A DNA stretch of 64,000 nucleotides from Cellvibrionales bacterium (GTDB lineage: Bacteria > Pseudomonadota > Gammaproteobacteria > Pseudomonadales > Halieaceae): the NCBI GenBank assembly GCA_043585095.1, contig CP121321.1, forward strand, positions 3,235,481 to 3,299,480. The letters are read 5' to 3'. Made by a program: the position numbers and the translations under genes. Each line of letters begins with the position of its first letter. Within the stretch, counting starts at the first letter, position 1. This document shows, piece by piece, positions 38,790 to 46,562 of this stretch. The notes under the pieces are model-generated. The model searched no databases. It was not told where the DNA came from and was given only the letters and a program-made list of their open reading frames with translations.

Positions 38790-39673
38790 GCGGGGAGCGG
38801 GCGCTCTAACTGTTGATAAAGCGCCGCGGGGACGATGAAGCACAACCCAATCAGCGTTGCCGGATGGACGGCCTCTCGCAACACCACCTGGATAAACACC
38901 AGCGAAATGAAGGGAGACAGAAAAATAAGATTCCCGACCAAAGCAACGCGGGTAGCCGTGCGCAGCGCCGCCGCCCAGAGCATGAAGGTTACCCCCATCT
39001 CAAACAGCCCCACATAGGCCGCTGCGACGAGGCCCTGCCATGCAAGACCCGAGAACTGCGAGAACAATCCGCACAAGACCCCACACATGGGTATCGCCAA
39101 CAGGAACATCAGGGCTAAAGATACCGTCGCATCTTTGGGGCTGCGGGCACTCAATATCCAGTAGACCGCCCATAGCAAGGTACTCAGCAGCGCCAACGCA
39201 ACCCCAAGTGGATTTTCAAATTCAAGACTTAGCAACTTGCCCTGGGACGCAATAATCAGTACGCCCAGATAGCCACCGGCGCCCGCGACAAGATCGCGCC
39301 CCCTCAGGGGCTGCCTGAGCAATGGAACGGCCAGCAGGGAGAGCGTTATCGCCCAGGTATAGTTGATGGCCTGGGCCTGCTGCGCAGGTAAGCGATCATA
39401 AGCGGAGAGCAGGACCAGGTAATACAGGCAGGGGTTAAGCAGCGCCATGCTCAGAAAATAGCCTGGTGTTTCGCGTAGCGTTGGAATCAACGTCGACAGC
39501 CGACCCTGCACAGCCAGCGCCAGCAAAAGAATCGCGGCGGAGCTGAGGCTCGCGTAAAACAACAGCTGGAAAACATCGAGATGGCGCAGCGCTATCTTGA
39601 ACGCAGTCGCCACGGTAGACCAAAGCAAGACGGCACTAAGGCCGAGCAGAAGTGCCCGGCGATCAGAAGTCAC
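38786..39673 (-). CDS. DMT-superfamily (EamA-like) transporter
   Basis: About ten TM helices and a two-EamA-repeat pattern. 295 aa. Confidence 0.8.
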   Translation of the reverse strand: MTSDRRALLLGLSAVLLWSTVATAFKIALRHLDVFQLLFYASLSSAAILLLALAVQGRLSTLIPTLRETPGYFLSMALLNPCLYYLVLLSAYDRLPAQQAQAINYTWAITLSLLAVPLLRQPLRGRDLVAGAGGYLGVLIIASQGKLLSLEFENPLGVALALLSTLLWAVYWILSARSPKDATVSLALMFLLAIPMCGVLCGLFSQFSGLAWQGLVAAAYVGLFEMGVTFMLWAAALRTATRVALVGNLIFLSPFISLVFIQVVLREAVHPATLIGLCFIVPAALYQQLERPLPA

Positions 39674-39679
39674 TGTGCA

Positions 39680-40810
39680 TTAACCCCGGCCCGGAACCAC
39701 CCGATACAGGCCACTCCCAGCAAGCACGTATACGTAACCGTCGGGGCCAGTCTGTACGTCACGGAAACGCAGGCCGCTACTGGCAAAGTAGCGCGTCTCC
39801 TCGCCCAGGCCGTCGCTGGTTAGCTCAACCCGATTTAAGTGCGTCAGCTTGAGGGATGACACAAATGCAGATGGCTTCCACTGCGGATAATGGGTTGCAT
39901 CATTGAAGTCCATCCCACAGGTGGCAATGGACGGCACGTAGTATTTTTCTGGCTGCGCCATACCAGGCTTGGACGTGCCCTCACCGATTGCGCCGCCACC
40001 GTACTCCTCACCATAAGTTATAATCGGCCAACCGTAGTTAGTGCCCGCTTCCAGTCGATTTAACTCGTCGCCGCCCTGCGGGCCGTGCTCACTGACCCAG
40101 AGGCTGCCGTCCGGATGTCGGGCCAGGCCCTGGGGATTCCGGTGGCCGTAGGTCCATATTTCCGGCCGGGCACCCGCGCGTTGGGTAAAGGGATTCTCGT
40201 CCGGTACATCACCGTTCTTGTGAATACGCATCACCTTGCCATTGTGCCGGGATAAGTCCTGTGCGTACTGGCGATTGCCGCGGTCTCCTACCGTCACAAA
40301 CAGGTAGTCGTCGACAATCTGTAATCGGCTACCGAAATGGTACTTGGTCTCGTAGAAGGGTTCGGCTGTAAACAACACCTGAACGTCGATCAGGCCGGCA
40401 TCCTGCAAGCGGCCTCTGGCGACACGCGTGGTGTAGCCCTCGCCACCCTCATGGGTGTAGCTGAGGTACAGCCAGACCTCGGCCTCTTCTCTATCAACTA
40501 GCACGTCTAATAAACCGCCCTGACCAAAGTCGGCACTATCGGGCAAGCCCGATATGCTGTGGCGTTCTCCAGTTACTGTATCGAACTGCTGCAATTGTCC
40601 GGTTTTTTCGGTGATCAGGATTTGCGTATCCGACAGAAAATCCATTCCCCAGGGCTGGTCAAGCGCCTCGGCAATAGGTTCAAGCATCAGGCCCTGATCC
40701 TCAATGCCGAGCGGGTTATCTGCTTGCGTGCCAACACAGGCTGCCAACAGCGTCGCGAACGCGACACCTGTAGAGCGAGCAAACAGGCTTGGAGATAGCA
40801 ATTTGTGCAT
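39680..40810 (-). CDS. PQQ-dependent soluble aldose/sorbosone dehydrogenase (YliI-like beta-propeller); predicted lipoprotein
   Basis: LAAC lipobox. Motifs GGLLDV, GDRG, HGHRNPQGLA, SEHGPQGGDELN and NYGWP are typical of the soluble glucose/sorbosone dehydrogenase family. Confidence 0.85.
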   Translation of the reverse strand: MHKLLSPSLFARSTGVAFATLLAACVGTQADNPLGIEDQGLMLEPIAEALDQPWGMDFLSDTQILITEKTGQLQQFDTVTGERHSISGLPDSADFGQGGLLDVLVDREEAEVWLYLSYTHEGGEGYTTRVARGRLQDAGLIDVQVLFTAEPFYETKYHFGSRLQIVDDYLFVTVGDRGNRQYAQDLSRHNGKVMRIHKNGDVPDENPFTQRAGARPEIWTYGHRNPQGLARHPDGSLWVSEHGPQGGDELNRLEAGTNYGWPIITYGEEYGGGAIGEGTSKPGMAQPEKYYVPSIATCGMDFNDATHYPQWKPSAFVSSLKLTHLNRVELTSDGLGEETRYFASSGLRFRDVQTGPDGYVYVLAGSGLYRVVPGRG

Positions 40811-40904
40811 AGTGAATTACCCCCGGTGGACGCGCCGAGTGTACTGCATGCATTGAGCCTGTACCATTAAGCACACCCACGCAGTCCCGACACAGCGAGC
40901 AGCC

Positions 40905-42446
40905 GTGACCTCGACCGATAAAGACGCCAATCAAGAGCTCGAAGAGAGCAGCATATGTGATGATAACGAACCGGCTGTGGCAGGCGCTGACCCTGGAACA
41001 GAGAAAGCTCTAACCCCTTTTCTGGCGCTCGCCCCAGTGGCTTTGTTGGTCACCCTGCTGGCCCTATCGGTGTATTTGTTTGGCGCGGACTCGTCCTATG
41101 GTGCCAACCAAATCGCCCTGTTGTTCAGTGCGGGTGCGGTGGCACTGGTGGGGACACGCTTAGGCCTTGAATGGCGTGACATCGAGCAGGGTATTGTCGA
41201 GAGTATCTCGCTGTGCCTGGTCGCGATGCTGATCTTGCTCTCGGTCGGAATGCTTATCGGTATATTCATTTTGTGCGGCACCATACCCGCACTGGTCTAC
41301 TACGGCGTGCAGGTGCTATCTCCGGACATATTTTACGCTGCCAGCGCACTAATTTGCGCGCTGCTTGCGGTGAGCATTGGCTCGTCCTGGACGGTGGCGG
41401 GCACTATGGGCATCGGGCTCATGGCGATTGCGGCAAGCTTCGGTCTATCACCTGCGATTACCGCCGGGGCTATCGTGTCGGGAGCCTACTTCGGCGACAA
41501 GCTCTCACCTTTATCAGATACCACTAATCTAGCCGCGGCCACCTCGGGCGTGGATCTGTTTCAACACATCCGCCATATGCTCTGGACAACGGTGCCCAGC
41601 TTCGCCATCGCAATGCTGCTATTCGCTTTGATGAGCAGGGGCGAAGCCGCCGCCCCAGAGGAGATTGCCCAGCTTCGAGAGCAGCTGGAGGACAGCTTTA
41701 ACCTGGGGCCACATTTACTGCTGCCGCTGGTGATCATGCTCTTGCTGGTCTGGCGCAGGGTTGCCGCCTTGCCAGCGATACTGGGTACCGTAGCGATAGG
41801 CATTCTTTTCGCGCTGGCGTTTCAGCAGGATGCGGCTATCCGCTTGGCTGGCGGCGAAACAGGGACAGGTCTGGGCTTAGTTCGTGGGGTATGGACCAGT
41901 CTGTTTGCGGGCTACTCCGCCAACAGCGGCAATCCGGTGATGGACCAATTACTATCAAAGGGTGGCATGACCAGCATGCTCAATACCATCTCGCTAATCC
42001 TGTGTGCGATGGCCTTTGGTGGCGCTTTGCAACGCGTGGGCATCCTGCGCTTTTTGGTTAAAGCGGCTCTCAGTCGCGTACACAGTAATGGCGGTCTTGT
42101 GACGGCAACGGTGGGTACCTGTATCGCCACGAACATCGCGGCGGCCGATCAATTTATGGCGATCACGCTGCCTGGCAGCATGTACCGCCAGGAATTTGAA
42201 CGGCGCGGCCTATCGCGCCTCAATTTGTCGCGCACGCTAGAGGACTCGGCTACTCTGACTTCTGCGCTTATTCCCTGGAATACCTGTGGCGCCTACATGT
42301 CAGCAACCCTTGGGGTCGCCACCTTTAACTATGCGCCCTTCGCTTTCTTTAATCTGCTATGTCCAGCGATTGCGATTGTTTACGGGTACTGGAAAATTGC
42401 TCAGAAGCCGCTGGAGCGGGGCGAGCTTTCCGGCGCCGCACCCTGA
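40905..42446 (+). CDS. Na+/H+ antiporter NhaC family
   Basis: About 12-TM protein with family-typical segments (SSWTVAGTMGIGLM, GAYFGDKLSPLSDTTN). GTG start with an acidic N-terminal extension, so the start is uncertain. Confidence 0.8.
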   Translation: MTSTDKDANQELEESSICDDNEPAVAGADPGTEKALTPFLALAPVALLVTLLALSVYLFGADSSYGANQIALLFSAGAVALVGTRLGLEWRDIEQGIVESISLCLVAMLILLSVGMLIGIFILCGTIPALVYYGVQVLSPDIFYAASALICALLAVSIGSSWTVAGTMGIGLMAIAASFGLSPAITAGAIVSGAYFGDKLSPLSDTTNLAAATSGVDLFQHIRHMLWTTVPSFAIAMLLFALMSRGEAAAPEEIAQLREQLEDSFNLGPHLLLPLVIMLLLVWRRVAALPAILGTVAIGILFALAFQQDAAIRLAGGETGTGLGLVRGVWTSLFAGYSANSGNPVMDQLLSKGGMTSMLNTISLILCAMAFGGALQRVGILRFLVKAALSRVHSNGGLVTATVGTCIATNIAAADQFMAITLPGSMYRQEFERRGLSRLNLSRTLEDSATLTSALIPWNTCGAYMSATLGVATFNYAPFAFFNLLCPAIAIVYGYWKIAQKPLERGELSGAAP

Positions 42447-42451
42447 AACGT

Positions 42452-43420
42452 TTAGCAACGAGACCAATCAAAGCTCAGCACATCGGCTAGATTTCTCGCA
42501 CCTAGCTTAAGCATCAGTAGCCGATCCAGTCCCAGCGCCACGCCTGAACAATCCGGGAGCCCCGCAGCCAGAGCCGCCAATAAACGTTCGTCTACAGGGC
42601 GCGCTTTATCCCCTCGGGCTTCAAGAATGGCATTGTCGCGCTGGAATCGCTGGCGCTGCTCACTTGCCTCAGACAACTCCTGATAGCCGTTAGCCAATTC
42701 GACGTCGTTTACATAGAGTTCAAAGCGCAGTCCGCAGGCAATCTCCGTTTCCGCATTAGGCCTACCCGTTTTCTCAGCCTCTGTATCGAGCACTGATACG
42801 ACCCGAGCCAGCGCGGCCTGACTGGCAGGATAGCTGTGCACCAGAGTAATACCCCGCAAGGAGGGCTCGATCACATGACTCATGAGTAAATCCAGCCAGG
42901 TATCCCGCGGCTCCTGCTCGGCTGAGTATTCGACGTGCTCGCGGGCGCAGCGTGCCAGCGCCGCGTCGCTGGCAGTAAACGGATCAATGTCCAAATGATC
43001 GATAAACAGTTGCCGGTAGCCGATTGTCTTGACTGATTGCTGCCCCAGAACCAGCTCTACCAGCTCCGTCGTTTCGGCCATTATCGCGGTTAGATCAAAC
43101 CCCGGGCGGTACCACTCCAGCAGGGTGAATTCCGGATTGTGACGAGAACCGGCCTCAGCGGCGCGAAACGCTTTGCAGACCTGATAGATCGGGCCGCTGC
43201 CGGCCGCGAGCAACCGCTTCATAAGATATTCAGGTGACGTTTGCAGCCAACGCATGCCGCTGGTAATGGGGGTGAGCGATGGATCGGTAACCGTACCCGA
43301 GCACAGTAAGGGCGTTTCAACCTCCAGGACGTCTCGGGACGCAAAAAACTCGCGCAGGATTGCCAGTAACTGCGCCCGAGTGCGCAGCGCATCGAGTCCA
43401 GCCGATGGCTGCCAGCTCAA
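42452..43420 (-). CDS. epmA: Elongation factor P--(R)-beta-lysine ligase (EpmA/PoxA/GenX)
   Basis: Truncated class II LysRS-like catalytic core (FF..R.VLEVETP, NPEFTLLEWY, GVALGLDRL). Directly downstream of efp. Confidence 0.9.
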   Translation of the reverse strand: MSWQPSAGLDALRTRAQLLAILREFFASRDVLEVETPLLCSGTVTDPSLTPITSGMRWLQTSPEYLMKRLLAAGSGPIYQVCKAFRAAEAGSRHNPEFTLLEWYRPGFDLTAIMAETTELVELVLGQQSVKTIGYRQLFIDHLDIDPFTASDAALARCAREHVEYSAEQEPRDTWLDLLMSHVIEPSLRGITLVHSYPASQAALARVVSVLDTEAEKTGRPNAETEIACGLRFELYVNDVELANGYQELSEASEQRQRFQRDNAILEARGDKARPVDERLLAALAAGLPDCSGVALGLDRLLMLKLGARNLADVLSFDWSRC

Positions 43421-43473
43421 CGCTTCATTCTGTTATAACGGTCATAAAAATCGGCTCAATCAAGCCAAAGCAG

Positions 43474-44043
43474 TTAAGACTTCCCGCGGCCGACGTATTC
43501 GCCACTGCGGGTATCGATCCGCACGATTTCGCCTTGGCTTAGGAACAGCGGCACCTTCACAACAGCTCCTGTGCTCAAAGTTGCGGGCTTGTTGCCGCCA
43601 GAGGCGGTATCACCCTTAAGTCCGGGATCTGTCTCAGTGATTTCCAGCTCGACAAAATTGGCTGCGGTAACAGCAAGCGGCGAGTCGTTATACAGGGTGA
43701 CTTCACAGCGATCCTGCTCTTTCAGCCAGTTGGCCGCCTCGCCCACCGCATCCTTATCGGCCTGATATTGCTCGTAGGTATCAGGCTCCATGAAGTGCCA
43801 AAACTCTCCATCGTTGTAGAGATACTCCATGGTGCGATCCATAACATCCGCACCTTCAAGGCTTTCTCCAGACTTGAAAGTGCGCTCCCATACTCGGCCC
43901 GATTTGAGATTACGCAACTTGACGCGGTTAAAGGCCTGGCCTTTACCGGGCTTAACGAACTCATTTTCGATGATGCTGCAGGGATCGCCATCCAGCATGA
44001 CTTTGAGCCCGGAGCGAAATTCGTTTGTAGAGAAGCTGGCCAT
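43474..44043 (-). CDS. efp: Elongation factor P
   Basis: [19 protein letters not shown]...VKPGKGQAF with the modifiable Lys in the PGKGQA loop. 189 aa. Confidence 0.97.
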   Translation of the reverse strand: MASFSTNEFRSGLKVMLDGDPCSIIENEFVKPGKGQAFNRVKLRNLKSGRVWERTFKSGESLEGADVMDRTMEYLYNDGEFWHFMEPDTYEQYQADKDAVGEAANWLKEQDRCEVTLYNDSPLAVTAANFVELEITETDPGLKGDTASGGNKPATLSTGAVVKVPLFLSQGEIVRIDTRSGEYVGRGKS

Positions 44044-44611
44044 GGACGTGAATTATCCTCTTTAATATTGCGGCACTAAATCGGCGGCTATCATAGCGCG
44101 AAGCAGCAGGGGATGGCAGCCTGCTAGCCGCAATCTAACCCGCTCCGGGATATCCCGGGATTGCGTAGCGCATTGGCAGGCTATCCGTTGAGAAAGCCGG
44201 CCGCTTAACTCGCGGTGTTGATAATCGGATTGCGCATCGCGGATACTGCGAGAATAGGTTGTGCCGAGCTCTGGGGCGGTCGAGAGTACGCCTCCAGACT
44301 GTGATTTGCTTCGCTGTTCCGTGAAATAATAATTTTTACCTAAAACAATTACTTAGGTAGTATACGTGGCGTGGAATATTGTTCTCCGTCCGTGCACAGC
44401 ACTGTCCGGCCTCAAAACCTGTTTCACAAACAAGAAATAATCTAGTGCCCAAACGTGATTGCGGCCTCTAACAGGGCGAGCACAGGGTGGCTAGCACAGA
44501 GTCCAGCGAACAGAATAAGCACAACAACGCGACGAAAAACGCGACGAACAACGCACAAGACAGTGACGGGATGGCGATGCTACACAAGCCGCCCCAAAAG
44601 AGACCGACGGG

Positions 44612-46399
44612 ATGAGTACAAACGAGCCTATCAAACTGCGAATACCCAGACAGGATCTGTCTGAGTTCGTCATGTTTGGCCTCACCCCCGAGCAGGCAAC
44701 CTCTTGGGCTGAAACCTTGCCCATGGCAAATCCTGCTCAAGTTGCTCAGCAGCTGCGTGCGGCAATAGGCGATCTTAATCGGGTCGACCTCAAGCCTGAT
44801 ATGCGTTTTGATATTCTCGAAGCGCTGCGGCCCACGCTCCACTCTGCCTTACAGACGCTGTCAAAATACTATCTGAACCAGCCCATTGTGCTGCCCGAGG
44901 AGCCTCGCAAAGCAGCGAAGCTAACTCAGACGCTGTATGAACAGGTCACCACGGCATACACGATTGTTGCAATTCAGACCATCCAACGGCGACAACAGCT
45001 TTCTGGCACTAACCCTGCCAAACTGGTGTGTATGGCACTGCACCGGGCGATTACGACTGCAAGCATGAAAATGCTGGTGGCCTATCAGCTGTATCAACCC
45101 GTAGAGATCAATGCCTGGATAGAGCTGCACCAGCTTTTCCTGCTAGCCGAACGGCAAAAACTGTCCAGTCAACTGGTGACAGATGAAATTGCCGGCGATG
45201 GCAGCATTACCGACACCTACCTGCGCGTCCTGTTGCTGGGAAGCTGCAAGCCAAACCAGCTACGCCAGCGTGACTTATCCGGCGTATTTAAAGGTCTGCG
45301 AGAGTGGGTCAAGCACACGGAACTAAGCGAGACCTCTGACAAAGAAGGGTTATTCCTGGTCGATTTTTCAAGCGACCATCCGCCTATCTACACATCTTTG
45401 TACAGTGAGATACCGGGCACGAATTGCCGTGTTATCGATACCGACGATTTGGTCAGCCACCTAACCCAGCTGCGTCAGGAAACAGGCGATCAATCCATCG
45501 TCTTTGACAAAGACAATGTGGTATCGCCGAACGTGCTGGAGCATGTCATCACCTCTTGGGGCGTGATGAGCAAACGGAATTTCGCACGTGCGCCCGCGCA
45601 GGAGAAGCTTTGGGTCTCAGTGGGCCTCAGTAACACCCACTTTTATGTCAGCGGCGGTGTGAACTTTGAATCGCTGGTGTCTTCGCAGTACGCACATCTA
45701 CTCGACAATCGAGGTGATGCTGAGCTCAAGACGGATGACGCGATTGAGGAGAAAGAACTCTGGGATCGCGTTTTTGAGGGCAAAGGCGATGAACTACCGC
45801 TAGAGCAAGTTGAGTTTCATATTCGCGAAGCCGGGCACCCCGCCAATACCGATACAAAAGAGCGGCATCCGGTATTTCCGGTGCGCATGTCTAACGTTAG
45901 CCCGGGTGGCTACTGCCTGGAGTGGTCGGCTGACATCCCCAGTCATATCAAAACTGGCGACGCAATTGCCGTGCGTGAGGCAGATAGTAGCACCTGGAGC
46001 ATCGCTGTTATTCGCTGGGTTAGTCAGCTTAAAGATCAAACCACCCTTCTGGGCGTCGAGCTGTTAAGTCCGCGTGCAACGCCGTACGGCGCTCGCGTGC
46101 AGCATAAAACTGGTGAAGATGGCGACCTCATGCGTGCTTTGCTGCTCCCGGAGATAAAGCTGGTGGGGCAACCCAACACGCTTGTTACGCCCAGAGTGGG
46201 CTTCAAGGAACGGCAAAAAGTCACTCTAATACGGGGCGGGCAAGAATCCTATATACAGCTGTTTAAGAAAGTGTCATCCACAGCTGCCTACAACCAATTT
46301 GAGTTCCGCTACATCCAGCAGCTTGATGATGTTGCCACGCGCGATAACAAGGCCGATGCTATCGACACCCAATACGAATCCTTCTGGAATCATTTATAA
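44612..46399 (+). CDS. Large hypothetical protein with a C-terminal PilZ-like beta-barrel segment (possible atypical c-di-GMP receptor)
   Basis: 595 aa. VRMSNVSPGGYCLEW resembles the (D/N)xSxxG half of the PilZ motif, but I see no clean RxxxR upstream. The long helical N-terminal region is unassigned. Confidence 0.55.
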   Translation: MSTNEPIKLRIPRQDLSEFVMFGLTPEQATSWAETLPMANPAQVAQQLRAAIGDLNRVDLKPDMRFDILEALRPTLHSALQTLSKYYLNQPIVLPEEPRKAAKLTQTLYEQVTTAYTIVAIQTIQRRQQLSGTNPAKLVCMALHRAITTASMKMLVAYQLYQPVEINAWIELHQLFLLAERQKLSSQLVTDEIAGDGSITDTYLRVLLLGSCKPNQLRQRDLSGVFKGLREWVKHTELSETSDKEGLFLVDFSSDHPPIYTSLYSEIPGTNCRVIDTDDLVSHLTQLRQETGDQSIVFDKDNVVSPNVLEHVITSWGVMSKRNFARAPAQEKLWVSVGLSNTHFYVSGGVNFESLVSSQYAHLLDNRGDAELKTDDAIEEKELWDRVFEGKGDELPLEQVEFHIREAGHPANTDTKERHPVFPVRMSNVSPGGYCLEWSADIPSHIKTGDAIAVREADSSTWSIAVIRWVSQLKDQTTLLGVELLSPRATPYGARVQHKTGEDGDLMRALLLPEIKLVGQPNTLVTPRVGFKERQKVTLIRGGQESYIQLFKKVSSTAAYNQFEFRYIQQLDDVATRDNKADAIDTQYESFWNHL

Positions 46400-46461
46400 G
46401 CCTGGCTCGCTTTGTTAGTACTGTCTTCGACAGCTCTACCGCCTACTAAGCCCTCAGCTAA

Positions 46462-46521
46462 ACCTTCAACTACACCTTCAACTACACCTCCAACTACACC
46501 CCCAACTACACCTTAATTCAA
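46462..46521 (+). repeat. Tandem 12-bp repeat, about 5 units (ACCTTCAACTAC, ACCTTCAACTAC, ACCTCCAACTAC, ACCCCCAACTAC, ACCTTAATTCAA)
   Basis: Read directly from the sequence in the gap between the convergent PilZ-like gene and serB. Confidence 0.9.
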
Positions 46522-46562
46522 CGACGCCTCCTACAATCCCGGGCGCCGCAGCTATGCCTGTT

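Noticed and set aside
44044-44611. Decayed epmB pseudogene as an explanation for the large gap next to efp.
   Set aside because: I could not recognise any radical-SAM (CxxxCxxC) or other EpmB-like peptide remnants in any frame, and stops are frequent in all frames. An alignment search would still be needed for certainty.
44455-44664. 69-aa Arg/Thr-rich ORF, plus the minus-strand ORFs 44468-44842 and 44491-44724, in the efp / PilZ-like intergenic region.
   Set aside because: The composition is low-complexity and basic. They overlap the start of the well-supported 595-aa gene and have no SD or known family resemblance. The region is treated as non-coding, apart from the short uORF reported separately.
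46462-46521. Possibility that the tandem repeat is a CRISPR array or minisatellite-type mobile element remnant.
   Set aside because: The units are only 12 bp and directly abutting, with no spacers. There are no cas genes, no leader, and no flanking inverted repeats or target-site duplication.
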